Shown piece after piece: positions 11,101 through 23,546 of a DNA stretch of 64,000 nt. The notes beneath the pieces are model-generated. The model searched no databases, had not been told where the DNA came from, and saw only the letters and a program-made list of their open reading frames with translations. Where the stretch lies: positions 320,001 through 384,000 of the forward strand of contig CAWGZR010000010.1 in NCBI GenBank assembly GCA_963827165.1. The letters run 5' to 3'. The stretch is from Candidatus Bathyarchaeota archaeon. Lineage in GTDB: Archaea; Thermoproteota; Bathyarchaeia; Bathyarchaeales; Bathycorpusculaceae. The position numbers and the translations under genes were made by a program. How positions within the stretch are numbered: position 1 is the stretch's first letter; each line of letters opens with the position of its first letter.

Positions 11101-11892
11101 TCAAATCCTTTTTTTCGTGACAAAAACGATTGAAGGAGTAATCAACATATTCTCGAATTTTGATTCTCTCGTTGGCAGGTTATTAGAGCGCCCCTTCGTG
11201 ATGTCAGCAGCGCCTTGTTCGTCCACCAATTCCTTCACGAAGCCAACCATCCCATAGCTGTGGTTATGGGAAGGGATCTTAGCAAAATGATAAAGTGAAG
11301 ATGGCGGTTTAAGATGATGTTTTACCGCAAATGCGCCGAGCCGTGACAGTAGCTGCTGCCTGAGTTTCATCGTATTTGATGTTTTCTGACTATAACTTTT
11401 CCCATCTGGCCAGTCATCCCAGTAACCCGTGAACCAATCTTCGATTACATATAAACCGCCTAGTTTGAGGTGGTTATCAAATAAATGCCAAAATGTTGTT
11501 CTGGTAAGTTCGCCGATATGTGAACCGTCATCGATAATAATGTCAAATCCTTTCGGAGCGACATTGCTTGCCACTTCAGACAAAAATTTAGTGTCCGCTT
11601 GATTTCCCTCAAAAACAGACACTCTCTCACTGGGCGAGAATCCCTTAGGCAGATTAATATCTATACCTACAATTGTTCCTATGGAAAAGTAGTCCTTCCA
11701 TAGCATGAGGGATCCACCTTCATGAATCCCGATTTCGAGAAGTTTTACCTCCTTGTCGACCCATGGCTTGAGAACTGGATCATAAAGTTCCAGATAACCA
11801 TTACGAATCTTATCTGTGTTATAGCGCTCCAATGATAATTGCCTACTACGCATCATCACAATCAAACTTTGCTTCACATTCTTGAAGGTCAT
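11101..11892 (-). CDS. class I SAM-dependent methyltransferase (sugar O-methyltransferase-like)
   Basis: LLEIGIHEGGSL, GIDI, FDIIIDDGSH, GGLYVIED motifs. Confidence 0.8.
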   Translation of the reverse strand: MTFKNVKQSLIVMMRSRQLSLERYNTDKIRNGYLELYDPVLKPWVDKEVKLLEIGIHEGGSLMLWKDYFSIGTIVGIDINLPKGFSPSERVSVFEGNQADTKFLSEVASNVAPKGFDIIIDDGSHIGELTRTTFWHLFDNHLKLGGLYVIEDWFTGYWDDWPDGKSYSQKTSNTMKLRQQLLSRLGAFAVKHHLKPPSSLYHFAKIPSHNHSYGMVGFVKELVDEQGAADITKGRSNNLPTRESKFENMLITPSIVFVTKKRI

Positions 11893-12269
11893 AAGGTATC
11901 GATTTACTTAAAAAATATTTTGATATGCGTTCTTTCAAGTATTAGTCGATGATTAATCACATCAAATCTCGGTTTGACATCCTTGCAATTCAAATATCGC
12001 TACTACTAAAATTTTGTTCAACCAACCCTAAAAAAAGTTAGCTCTTTTTGGAAAAAGGTTGAGGTTAGAATAATAGGTGTTCGCTCGATTCAAGTCACGC
12101 ATTTTTTGCAGGGTTAAGGTATACTTTATGAAATAACAATAACCTTCACCTACATCTCGATGCCAACGCTAGACTAAGAACCAAAAAAATACTCAACTTC
12201 AGGGAAAAAGTATGCAAACGATTTTTAAAGAATTTAAATCAGAGTGGAGTAAGTCTAAGTGACTCAAGG

Positions 12270-13025
12270 ATGCAGACGACCTTCAAGTCTCAAACAAAGC
12301 GGATTATCGTAGATTTGATTGGCATCTTGTTGCGAGCTAAACGACTCGACAGAGAAGCTTTAGCTTCAATTTACCTTTCGGGAGTTGGCATTGAAATTGG
12401 TGCTTTACATAATCCTTTAGGAGTGCCGCCTTCTGCGAAAGTGCGTTACGTTGACCGAATGCCCTTGTCAGACCTGCGTAAGCAATATCCAGAATTGAAA
12501 TCTTACAAACTTGTAAACGTAGATATTATCGATGATGGCGAGACATTAAGAACTGTTGGTGATGCAACCCAGGATTTTGTTATAGCAAATCACTTTTTGG
12601 AGCATTGCGAGAATCCGATTAATGCAGTCGTTAATTTTATCAGGATCCTTCGTGAAGGTGGTATACTTTATCTTAGCGTTCCTGACAAGCGATACACTTT
12701 CGATAAAAAACGCCAAGTAACTTCTCTTGATCACCTAATTCATGACTATGAAGAAGGACCAACTTCCTCACGCGAAGAGCATTTCCGAGATTGGGTGGTG
12801 AACGTTGAGCAGAAAAGAAACAAAGCAGAAATTCAGCATCGAATAAATGAATTGAATTCTATTAACTACAGTATTCATTATCACGTTTGGACTCAGAACG
12901 ATATGTTTAATTTTTTTGCAATGTTGAATGATCGCATGAATCTGCCTATTGAGACTCAGTTGTTCTTCAAGCATAACATGGAAGACATCTTCATCATTAA
13001 GAAACAATCTCAGAATTTGCTTTAG
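12270..13025 (+). CDS. SAM-dependent methyltransferase domain protein
   Basis: GIEIGALHNP, DFVIANHFLEH, GGILYLSVPD motifs. Confidence 0.8.
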   Translation: MQTTFKSQTKRIIVDLIGILLRAKRLDREALASIYLSGVGIEIGALHNPLGVPPSAKVRYVDRMPLSDLRKQYPELKSYKLVNVDIIDDGETLRTVGDATQDFVIANHFLEHCENPINAVVNFIRILREGGILYLSVPDKRYTFDKKRQVTSLDHLIHDYEEGPTSSREEHFRDWVVNVEQKRNKAEIQHRINELNSINYSIHYHVWTQNDMFNFFAMLNDRMNLPIETQLFFKHNMEDIFIIKKQSQNLL

Positions 13026-13441
13026 AGGTCCATTATCAGCAGACGCGACCTTTCTAAAGCTTGGAATACGATTATTCATAGTTTAATACTTGTTACCCTT
13101 TGATCCGATTCTCTGAATACAGTTTCTCTTTCGTTATCGAGTTTGGCAAACAGGCAGACTTATTGGTTGATTAGGGTCCAAAATTCTTTGTCTTTTGCAA
13201 ATACTATTTTGCTCTTTACAATTGTTTGACAATTTGAGTGAAACGCTAACGCCCTTAGCGCTTGAATGAGTGTTCATTTTTTTAACATGTGTACACATCA
13301 AATTTGCCATTCTTTGAATTCTATATCCGAATAATTGCTTTATTCCAAAAAATGGCCAAACGCCAGTGATATTTTGGCACTATTAAGCATCGGCCCGCTA
13401 CTTCTACGATCCAAAAAGCGCACACATTTCAATTAATGATC

Positions 13442-14463
13442 TATGGGTGTGCAGAATTTAAGTTGCTTCCCAATTATGTTTTAGTATGGAAGCCTGTGAT
13501 GTTGTCAGGCTTTTCGTCAACAAAGCAATAGTTTCTGCAGAACCAAAACGACGGGGAAATCCAGGATACGGACGCCTAAGAGCACTCAGAGTTCTCGTAT
13601 ACGCTAGACTTAAAGGATTAGAGAACGACACCCGCATAGTTGAACATCTAAAGAAGCATTCATACGCTGCTATAACCCTTGGGTTGTGCAAAGTGCCTGA
13701 TAGAACCACTGTTGGAAGATGGTGGAGACGCTATCTCAGCCTACTTGAAGAGACTTTTGGAAAAATATCAAGCATGCTTCAGCTCATGTCGCCAACCACT
13801 TTTCTAATTGTTGATTCAACACCGCTAGTGGATCTCTACGATATGGAAGCCGGCTGGGGTCACACAAGCAGAGGAAAATTCAGAGGCTTCAAACTTCATG
13901 CAGCCGTAAACCAGTTAGGATTGCCGCTAAGAGCAGTCGTCACGCCGGGGAACCGTTATGATTCGCCGTTTCTTCCCAAGCTGATTGCAGATTTGGAGGC
14001 AGATTACGTTTTAGCTGACGCGGGCTACGACTCGAAGACAAACTACCGAGCCGTCAAGGACATTGATGTTGAGCCGGTTATTGCTTCTAACCCTAGACGA
14101 GGGAAACGCAAGAAGATCAAGCATGCCCAGCTGTTGAAGACTAGGCGTTATGTGGTTGAGCAGTTTAACGGGCACATTAAAGCTAACGTTTTGAAGCAAT
14201 GCTGGATAAGGCCAAGGGGTTTGGTGAAGAAAGCGGCGATGGTTATGGCTGCCTTGATAAGTTTTGATGCAGAAGCAATGAAATCTTTGGTTCTTGGCGA
14301 AGAAAGTCTAAAGCACGTGAGCAAGTACTGGGCTTGATCCAATACTCTAAAGGTTATGGAGCCTGTGAGACACCAACCGATGGCATTTCAGGATTCCAGC
14401 CCAGACCTGCTCATTAGATTAGTAGTTAACAAAACTATAAAAAACGAATTGTGCACAGGTCTA
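13442..14463 (+). mobile_element. insertion sequence, 1022 bp, DDE type (IS5/IS982-like)
   Basis: Imperfect terminal IRs TATGGGTGTGCAGAATT / rc TAGACCTGTGCACAATT; 7-bp direct repeat AATGATC at 13435-13441 and 14464-14470. Confidence 0.85.
13486..14337 (+). CDS. DDE transposase (DDE_Tnp_1-like)
   Basis: VDSTPL, GFKLH, ADAGYD, RYVVEQFNG catalytic motifs; intact ORF. Confidence 0.9.
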   Translation: MEACDVVRLFVNKAIVSAEPKRRGNPGYGRLRALRVLVYARLKGLENDTRIVEHLKKHSYAAITLGLCKVPDRTTVGRWWRRYLSLLEETFGKISSMLQLMSPTTFLIVDSTPLVDLYDMEAGWGHTSRGKFRGFKLHAAVNQLGLPLRAVVTPGNRYDSPFLPKLIADLEADYVLADAGYDSKTNYRAVKDIDVEPVIASNPRRGKRKKIKHAQLLKTRRYVVEQFNGHIKANVLKQCWIRPRGLVKKAAMVMAALISFDAEAMKSLVLGEESLKHVSKYWA

Positions 14464-14605
14464 AATGATCATTAATTGGATAAATTTAAATTAGTTATAC
14501 AATACAATTTATTAATTGATAAAATACTTCTCAGATATAACAAATCGAGCATTATGCAACCGATTTATAAATTCGAAAACATAGGCGCCAGTAATATATG
14601 ATTCA

Positions 14606-15452
14606 CTAAATCTTGGTTGCGACAATAATATCTTGATAACTTAGAAAGTCTATTCTTCCAGGCCATGATCCATAATGAAGGGGTTTGTTAACATTTAGGT
14701 TGTTATTTGCAAAAAGATCTATGATAAACGATTCATCGTAGCATACAGCTGCCTCTGGTGAATTGCAATCTGCCAACAAGTATTTTCCACTTTTATACTC
14801 GAAGATTATCGAACTTTTTTTTGCTTCGATAAGTTTCAGCACTTCATTATTTAAGATGAAGAAAGTAATTAAGCATCGTCCGCCTTTTTTAAGTACTCTC
14901 GCGATTTCAGAAAAATAATTTTTCATGTCATTCGGCATCATATGAGTAAATACTGATCCTAGGAACAGAAAATTCGAAACATTCGTTTTCAAATGGAAAT
15001 TTGAAACGTGAAGGATGATGTTTCCCTTTGGGATTATAGCTTCTATTAAAAACATCAACAAATTGGAAATGAAAATTCGGATATTTTGAGGATATGTTTT
15101 TTTCGCACCATCGAACGCCTTTTTTTGTAATATCAAACCCTTCGTATCGCCCTGTAGAATCCAAGTATTTTGTTAAGGGTATAGCTTTACGACCTATACC
15201 ACTCCCAACATCTAGAACAACCTCGTTTGGCTTAAGATGACCAATCGTTATAAAATACCTAAGAAATTCTTCGCCATTCTGCTTAAAAAGTTCAGCATCT
15301 TGTGGACCGTCGAACATAAGCCTTGTTGGGGGAATTGTCGGATCTTTTTTACCTAATAAGAAATCAAATGTGTCCTCAACATAAAATATGGCGTTTCCTT
15401 TTGTTAACATTGAACTCAAGATTATCTTCTTTATTTGAAGGGATGTTTTCAT
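14606..15452 (-). CDS. class I SAM-dependent methyltransferase, one frameshift
   Basis: VLDVGSGIGR and FPFEN in one frame; SVFTHM and RVLKKGG in the next frame. Confidence 0.8.
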
Positions 15453-15785
15453 TGTTGAGCCTTAGCAATTTTTACTCGAATATACAATTAATAAAATTTA
15501 AGGTTTGCCTATTTCTTTGCTGCATTTCTCTTTATGAAGGTTGAAACGATTTTTTCACTCGAAGCTCTAGAAAATCTTGCGCTTTGAATTACGTTTGAAG
15601 TATTGGAGTTCTTCAACAAGTTGAAAAAACTTCCTATCAATAGAGAGATTTCACATCATGAAAATAGTTATTTAAAAGAACTGTTGTTTCAGGTATATTA
15701 TAGCTCTCATTATAGGGAGACGAAGAATTAATGATTGCCGAAGATTTATTGACTGGAAACGTATAATTGAAAAATAATTTGATCT

Positions 15786-16829
15786 TCACTTGAGTACGTT
15801 CATGTTATCCATGACCCATTTTTGCAATTTTGTTATTCCTTTCTCTGGAGTAATTTTTGGAGTCCAGTTTAGAAGCTTATCAGCTTTCGAGATATTTGAA
15901 ATATATACTTTTTGATCAGATTTTCGCCAATCAGCATATGATATATTAGGGGTTACGGAAGTAAGTTCTTTCAACAAATCAATTAATTCTAACAAGGATA
16001 TTGATTTTTCTGGCCCCCCGCCCATGTTGAATACTCCATGTTTTAATTTACTTTCGATGAAAGCATTGTAAGCTTCCACTAAATCTATCACATTCAAGAT
16101 ATCTCTAACTTGTTTCCCGTCACCATAAATTGTTATGGGCTTATGGGTTAATGTCGCTATTACAAACCATGCAACCCACCCTTGATCTTCAACACCTAAT
16201 TGTCTTTCGCCATAAATACAGCTCATTCTAAATACGCCGGTTTTCAATCCATAAGTGTGAGCGTAATCTTGCACATACAGGTCTGCAGCAAGCTTTGAAC
16301 AACCATATGGACTGTGACCGCAGAGATCTATGGAAAATGTCTCAGGTATACCATTAACGTATTTTTCGTCAGCAAAGCAGTAACGTTTTTCCATTTCGTG
16401 CACTGGTATACCATTGACATTTTCTCCATAAACCTTGTTTGTGCTACAATAAACGAGGGCTGCATCGTTCACCCGCGCAGCTTCAAGAACATTAAAAGTC
16501 CCGATAGTATTAGTTTCAAAATCTGTTCTGGGATCGTTTAGCGACGTGGTAACAGCGGTTTGAGCGGCGGTATGAATAATAACTTTTACACCTTTTGAGA
16601 CAAGTTTTACCGAATTGTAATTTCTTGTGTCACCCTTAATTAATTCCATTTGGGGATAACGTTTCTTTAAATAGTCCCAATTGTAATGTTCGTCACCCGA
16701 ACTTTTGCCCAAGAGTTTGGCTCTGGAAAGGTTATCAAATATTATAACATCAGTGCCTTTTTTTGCATAATATTCTGCCACATGGGAACCAATAAATCCG
16801 GCTCCACCTGTCACCAGTATTTTTATGAT
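15786..16829 (-). CDS. NAD-dependent epimerase (CDP-paratose 2-epimerase/RfbE-like)
   Basis: TGGAGFIGSH, AAQTAVTTS, STNKVYG, SPYGCSK, EDQGWVAWF motifs; start codon uncertain. Confidence 0.85.
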   Translation of the reverse strand: MIKILVTGGAGFIGSHVAEYYAKKGTDVIIFDNLSRAKLLGKSSGDEHYNWDYLKKRYPQMELIKGDTRNYNSVKLVSKGVKVIIHTAAQTAVTTSLNDPRTDFETNTIGTFNVLEAARVNDAALVYCSTNKVYGENVNGIPVHEMEKRYCFADEKYVNGIPETFSIDLCGHSPYGCSKLAADLYVQDYAHTYGLKTGVFRMSCIYGERQLGVEDQGWVAWFVIATLTHKPITIYGDGKQVRDILNVIDLVEAYNAFIESKLKHGVFNMGGGPEKSISLLELIDLLKELTSVTPNISYADWRKSDQKVYISNISKADKLLNWTPKITPEKGITKLQKWVMDNMNVLK

Positions 16830-16881
16830 TAACCGCCTCTTTTCTTGGTTATGCTCGCATCTGCCATTTAAGCATTTTCCG

Positions 16882-18130
16882 TTAAGATTTTTGGCATAAT
16901 TTCGCGGATGTGATTATTTCGTCATATATTCTTTCGACCTTAGCAATAATAGTCGACCAAGTGTAGTTAGTAATAACTTTATTTCGCCCATTATTACCCA
17001 TCTTCTCTGCCAAAACGGGGTTATCCATCAGAATTTGTATTTTACTCACGATATCGGCGACATCGCCAAATTGGACTAAGAATCCGTCTACACCATCGCT
17101 TATGACAGCTGGCACACCACCGCTTCTTGCGCCAATAACTGGTTTACGTTGATACCATGCTTCCAAATAGACTATTCCAAAAGCATCAGATCGAGAGGGC
17201 ATAACTAAAACGTCACATGCATCAAAAACGTCTTTTTTCTCCGTTCCTGAAGTAAAAGGTAAATTTAAGAGAAACGATTTTTTGCGCATTTTACTAACTG
17301 CTTGGATCCATCCAGCGGTCGCTAAACCCATGGCTACAAGTACAACATCATTTCTTTTCTTTGCCAATTCTTCTACTGCGTTAAGCAAATGCATGGCCCC
17401 CTTATTGTAATCTTTCGATCCGGCAAAAAGAACCAGATATTTACCTTCTAGACCAAATTTTCGTCTAAACCGTTCACCCGAACAACCGACCGATTCCTTT
17501 TCATCCATGCCCATTGGCACAATTCGAATTCTTTCTCGAGAGATACCTAAATTGACTAGTATGTCTCGTTCAATGTAGGTGCACGCGAAAACAGCGTTAG
17601 CGTTTCTAAGCATGTTTATGAGTTCAGGGTTATAATACCCCTGTAAGCTAGGAGGAAAAAAAGGAGTTACTATGAAAGGAGTTCTTGACTTGCGGCAAGA
17701 TTTGGCTGCCAACCATGTGTGAACCAGCGGGAGAGCAGTTGCATGGACAAGCTCATAGTTATTGTCATTTTGTGCCAAATGAAAATATAGGCCCAATATG
17801 AAGGGGTCCGTCGCGAAAAGTTCGATGACGCTATGCTTTAAACTCGGAACTGTTTTAGCGATAAAAGTATTCAAAGCATACAGGGGAATCTCAATGTGAT
17901 AATCAATAGGGAACCGCGATACATCCACCCCATTTATTCTTTCAAAAGACCGCTTTGATAATTGACCTGACCAAGGCTTATACAAGGCAACTAGATCTTA
18001 ACGCGTTAGAAGTCAACACCGTTACTTTATGTTCCTTTTCGCTCAATCCCTCAGATAAATGTTGCATATATACTTCTGAGCCTGTGAGCAGACCCGGCAG
18101 GTACCTTTGAACCACGTGAGCTACACGCAT
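16882..18130 (-). CDS. GT4 glycosyltransferase, frameshift near 17990
   Basis: N-terminal MRVAHVVQRYLPG (ATG at 18130); C-terminal SRSDAFGIVYLEAW, DGVDGFLV. Confidence 0.85.
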
Positions 18131-18363
18131 CAGATCATACGTCCGACTTATTAATGATTTTTAAGCTGCAACAAAGCAGATATTCATCCCACCGTTTAAT
18201 ATAGATTTACGGTTGAGTAAGATTTGATGACGTTTTACCCATGGACGTAAAAAAAAGTTTTGGTTTTTTTAGTCTGCATTCTGTAAATTTGGTGAATCAC
18301 TTAAGATTCTCATACAGTTTTGAATTAATTATTAATATAAAAAATGTACACAAATAGCGTAAA

Positions 18364-20359
18364 CTATTTTCTTGTTTTACAGCTTTTGCATAATAATGGG
18401 AAACTAAGTACGGCAACAATAAAAGGTATAATGACAGCGAAGAACACTGGCACAAAATAGTAGCCTGAAGTCTTCTCCGCAAGCACCATATGATTAAGTC
18501 TAATTGTTAAACCGTAGTTCCCATCGTTGAATTTTCCGAAGGAAATAGAATTTGGAGTAGCTGAAGTGAATGAATAATTTCTAAACTGCAAAATACTGTT
18601 TTCAGAGGTAGTCAATAGGGTTAAGTCAAGTTCACTTGAATTTAAAGGCAGTTCTATCGTAGTTCCTGATTGGTTAGTTAAGAAAAAAGATTTGTTCACT
18701 TGTGTTTGAGCCAATGAAGTATTTGAATAATCGCCTATTGTCACATTTATTCCAAGTGCTATATTATTTGTTTTCAACAATTCATATTGGCCAGGATGGT
18801 TTGCTTGAAGATTAAAAGTAAGACTAATGTTCAGATTCTGCGAATTTAAAGAGCGCTGAAACATTATTGGTTCAGACTGGTTGTAGAATACAACCGAGCT
18901 AGCAGCTATCAGGTAAGTAAGTTTCATTGGTGCGGCATCGAAAGCTGTATAAGTTGGGAAAAGGTCCAAAGGAAAATTCTGCTTGTCGGAAACAACAATC
19001 GGTTGAGAATACAATTCGTTAAAGGCAAAACCTCCAAGCATCGTTAACACAATTGCCATTGCCAAGATCACATTCTTCCTCCGGGTAACACCAAGATTCA
19101 AGCGATGCAAAGTCACAAGTGCGCTTTCATTTAGAGACTTTGCCGTCATTTGCACTCTATTAAATCTAGCAAGACAAAAGATTGCCGTAAATATTATGGA
19201 TCCAAGCAGGGCCAAATTAAAGATAACTAACCATGATGATAAGCCTGCAAAGTCGGTATAAATACGATGTTTTCATGAAATATCGGATATGCAAAGTAAA
19301 ATGGTCCTGCCTGCACACCATTTCCTATGATCAGATTTATGAAAAATAAGGCAACGTAAGTCGGTAAACTGGATAATAGTAATTTCTTGGTGACCGAAAG
19401 TTTGGATTTTGACGTTATGGCGAGAAAAACGCCAATCGGATAAAGCCACAAGAAGTAATCGGGCAAGGGCACTACAGATGTGTAAATGAGACAGTAGTAA
19501 GATGAAGAACATTGCTGCGGATTCTGCATATTTTCAGCATTCGGAACAAAACCGGTATGGCTATTCCAAGTAGACCCAGAAAAACGATATAATAGATTTG
19601 CGGAATTGTAAACCAGTACTGTAAGCCTTCCACGCCTGAATTATTGATAACCGACCCAGATAGAGCGCCGACATAATTGAACAGCCCACCCCTGAAAAAT
19701 ATTAACTCGACCACGAATAAAGCCGCACTTTCAGCTACAGCTACTAAAAGAGCAGAAAACTTTTGCTTTAATGTAGTCGACTCGTAAATGATAAGAACGG
19801 GTATTAATATTAGCGAATACCGATAAATGAAGGCACTAATCATAATCGGGAAGAACCCAATCAAGTACCGCTTTATTGAGCTTGTTCCAAAATCGACATA
19901 CCTTAGCAGAAAATAGCCCATTGTAAAGAAAAAGACCGGCAAAATATCGACCTGCGCCCAAATGTAATTAATATAGAGGATCCCGGGGTTTAGAAGAGAA
20001 AATATTAACACAGCATCAGCGTAAGATGGCTTTACCTTTTGAGTAATACGATAGAGCAGAAATGCCGTAAGAAGAGTAAAGAAGAAAAGAATTAGCTTCA
20101 ACACAACAACTGAAGCATATAGGTTGTAAGAGGAAAAAATATACGAAAAAAACATTGGGACAAAGAACATAAACGAAAAAAAGCCGCCAGGCCAAGGATT
20201 ATTAGCCATTGGGGGAACTGAACTTGTTATACTTCCACCCAGCGAAATCCAGCTCCTCATATTTGAGGAGTCATAAGCCGGAAGAAATACTAGTGCGATG
20301 TTGACTGCAATGGCCACGAACAATAGGGCAATAGTTCTGTTTTTCGTGGAGACATTCAC
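18364..20359 (-). CDS. large polytopic membrane protein, possible GT-C-fold glycosyltransferase; split into 3 ORFs
   Basis: Many TM helices; LLNP...WAQVD motif as in GT-C/GT87-like proteins; consecutive ORFs on one strand. Confidence 0.55.
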
Positions 20360-21264
20360 CCTTTATAAAAAGTCGATATTTCCTTTCTTAAGATTCTGGG
20401 CAGGACTAGATGGTGAACCAAAATCAGAAACAATCGGAATCCCAAATTCTTTATTCCTGAATGCTTCATTGACCATAATGCATTTGTCTTTTGATTGCTG
20501 TAACGTGAAAGCGAATACACAGAATAAGAAGTAGACAAAGTATTTGATTTATTCAGTCTAAGACTCAATAGAGAAGATGATTTGATATAGGTATTTATCA
20601 ATTTGTTTCGAAGATTGTGATTATCTAAAGAGCGCCCGAATGCTTGAAAAACCAGTACTATGTTTAATCTAATTACTAAATTGCCACTCTGTTTGACCCT
20701 ACGAGTAAACTTGTAATCAGCCCAATCAACAAAGAAATCAGGATTATATCCACCAGAATGATTAAAAACGTCCACATTTGTAAAAATGCCAGATGTGATG
20801 ACTGAGGCAATAGTGGAATAATCGCCTTTCAAGCCAATTCTTGAGTCAAGGTACGCAGAATCGTTAGTCACAATTGGAGCTAGTATTCCGACTGGCGTCT
20901 TATGCGCCTTTAGTTCTTGCCATGATTCTTTTGCTATGCTTATCCAACGAGGATCAAATTGAGCGTCATCATCAAAAAAATAAAGCCAAAATACACCAAG
21001 ATTTTGTGCCAATGCTACCGCTTTATTGTAAGCTTTCGAAATTCCCAAGTTAGTGTCATTTTTCAAAAAAAAGAATTTAGGATGCTTGCTACAGAAATCA
21101 GACAAATAAAGAATAGTATCAGAATCCGAACTATTATCACAAATAATCACGTGATCAACAAGTTCTGCTGCCTGCTCGAAAATTTTCAAATTGGGAATCT
21201 TATTATAGGTTATGGTTATGATAGCACTTTTGGTTGAAATAGCAGGTTTTATATTTGCGGGCAA
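20356..21264 (-). CDS. GT2 glycosyltransferase (rhamnosyltransferase-like)
   Basis: ICDNSS, NLGISKAYN, FFDDD, ITSG, FFVDWAD motifs. Confidence 0.8.
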   Translation of the reverse strand: MPANIKPAISTKSAIITITYNKIPNLKIFEQAAELVDHVIICDNSSDSDTILYLSDFCSKHPKFFFLKNDTNLGISKAYNKAVALAQNLGVFWLYFFDDDAQFDPRWISIAKESWQELKAHKTPVGILAPIVTNDSAYLDSRIGLKGDYSTIASVITSGIFTNVDVFNHSGGYNPDFFVDWADYKFTRRVKQSGNLVIRLNIVLVFQAFGRSLDNHNLRNKLINTYIKSSSLLSLRLNKSNTLSTSYSVYSLSRYSNQKTNALWSMKHSGIKNLGFRLFLILVHHLVLPRILRKEISTFYKG

Positions 21265-21267
21265 GTA

Positions 21268-22401
21268 TCACTCCTCCTTTTATGACAATAGTCTTCTCAA
21301 TATTCCTAACCGTATGAGAAATCAAGAAATACAATATATAAAGTCGACTTGATTATTTCTGTAAGCCGCCGCTGAGTTCTTCGCCGAAAAGCCCAAAAAC
21401 CAATGCGGGCTAGAACTACCTGAGTATAGAGTATACCTGAGTACCGAATATAGTGGCAAGAAGGGGTAGCGCTAAGGAGCCGCGAATTAAGAGTTCAAAA
21501 GAACATAAGATTGCGATAATGGTCTCTGCTAATACGAATAAGATCCTAAAGATTTTTTCTTTAAAATAGCTCGTAGATAATAATGCACCTTTGTCGGAAT
21601 ACCTCCAAGCATCAACAGTAGACTTTCCATACAAGAATTCTTTCTTGAAGAAAAAATCGAAATCATTGGGGTCGCTACGTCCAATCTCACAAGCTGTGGC
21701 ATTGCTTGTAATTAGTCTTCGGCTCCTTCTTACGATAGATGATAGTATAATGTCTTGTGCTGTGTTAGTGTCAACGGAACCTGTAGCAAACAATTCTTCC
21801 AGAACTTGTTTATTCAGAAGATCAGCTTTTGTAAATGTGACTTCTGCATCCATAATATCATTGGAAAAACAATTATCGATCATTTCATCGTGATCAATGA
21901 TTTCAAGGTTAGAAATTCTTCTCTTGTAAAAAATATATTTCTTGTAACTGGTTCCAACATCAATAAACAACCTGGAAGTGATGACGCTGGCGGGGCAAGA
22001 TTGGAGGAGTTCCGCCAAGCTTTTAACGTAATCTCGACTAAGAGGGATAATATCCTGTTCTAAAATGAGTATGTTTTCAAAATGACAATATTGGATATTC
22101 TCTTTGATCGAAAAATAAAGGCCAAGACGTTTTTCATTTTGCTTATACTGAAAAGGAAATTTAATTGTTGCAACATAATCCTTTATGCTTGTAAAGAAAT
22201 CGTCACCATCGTTAGCTACTATAATTTCAAAATTGTCACAGGTTTGGCGTAGATAGCGCTGTGAGAATTTGCTTGATATCGTCCATATCAGGATGATACG
22301 CAAGAATAAGAATGGAGATTCCATTTTGCGTTTTACATGCTTCGCTCATTACTGAATCGTCTACCGTTGTTACTCAAATTCAAAGTCATGGGTAATGTCA
22401 T
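21268..22401 (-). CDS. GT2 glycosyltransferase with C-terminal TM helices, frameshifted at both ends
   Basis: RQTCDNFEIIVANDG, LEQD; core ORF 21416-22324. Confidence 0.6.
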
Positions 22402-22682
22402 CCTTTCATCTTTCTAATAAATTCTTGTATAAAAAACTAAGAATAGCTACCTTTTTAAGACCAACAGGCAATGATCAAATCAAGAAAAAATTCATCAATA
22501 GATAATTAAAAAGTTGGAATAAAAAGGATTTTATTAAATTCCTTAAGACCTAATAGATTCTACGAATTACGGAGTTTTCTACCGATTGAGTCGGGTTGGT
22601 TTTACTCGCAAATATTTTTAGGACTTCTTAAATATATGATGGCAGAGAAATTGTTCAAACGAATTAGCAAGAAACGACTTTG

Positions 22683-23546
22683 TTAAGTTTTCGAACAAGA
22701 GTAGAAAAATTTGGCGAATTCTTGATATAATCTTGATTCAAGCAGGTGTTTCATTGGACTATAATAAAGTCTTAGCCTGAAAAGCGAAAAAGACATAATA
22801 AAAGTCTGTTTTATGAGATTTCTTGATAACTTTCCACCGTCTTTATCAATCCAAGCTATGCCGACCTCTTTTGTTTTGAAACCATGGCGAGCCGCTGAAT
22901 AGATAAGATTTACGTCGAATACGAAGTCGGTGATAAGTAAGTCGCCATTTACTGCATTTACAAGATCTTTTGAAAAGACTTTCAATCCACATTGTGAATC
23001 TTTTATATCGTGAAGTCGCCAAAATAGCAGTTTCGTCAAAACGTTAAATGATCTACCGAATAGGAAACGTTTGAAAGGTCGTCTGTAAGGCAAGACAGAA
23101 CTTTTCTTATATCTAGAACCAATTACCAAATCGTATTGATCGGCAAACTTCATTAATCTATTCAATTCGCTCAATGGGACAGACCCATCAGCATCAATAA
23201 ATGCAATCAAATCTCCTTGGGCATACTTCAAAGCTTCAATAATTGCGCCGCCCTTTCCCAATCTGTTTGGAAGAACTATTGCTATAATTCCAAGGCGGTT
23301 TTTAATCAAGGCTTTAACAGCCTCAGGCGTCCCATCTTGACAGCCATCCATTATTATCAATAATTCAAAGTTTTTAGCAAAACTGAATTGATAATCGAGT
23401 GCGAACATCAGATTCTTCAATGTTGACTCGATTCTTCCCACTTCATTGTATGCAGGAATCACCAAGGAAAACTCAGGTTTGTCTTCCAACATAATAGTTT
23501 CCAACATATTAGACAACTTCTCCAGGGTGGTTCCCATAATGGGCAA
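22683..23546 (-). CDS. dolichyl-phosphate glycosyltransferase (GT2, Alg5/AglD-like)
   Basis: VIPAYNE, GKGGA, FIDADG, GSRY, DSQCGLKVF motifs. Confidence 0.85.
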   Translation of the reverse strand: MPIMGTTLEKLSNMLETIMLEDKPEFSLVIPAYNEVGRIESTLKNLMFALDYQFSFAKNFELLIIMDGCQDGTPEAVKALIKNRLGIIAIVLPNRLGKGGAIIEALKYAQGDLIAFIDADGSVPLSELNRLMKFADQYDLVIGSRYKKSSVLPYRRPFKRFLFGRSFNVLTKLLFWRLHDIKDSQCGLKVFSKDLVNAVNGDLLITDFVFDVNLIYSAARHGFKTKEVGIAWIDKDGGKLSRNLIKQTFIMSFSLFRLRLYYSPMKHLLESRLYQEFAKFFYSCSKT

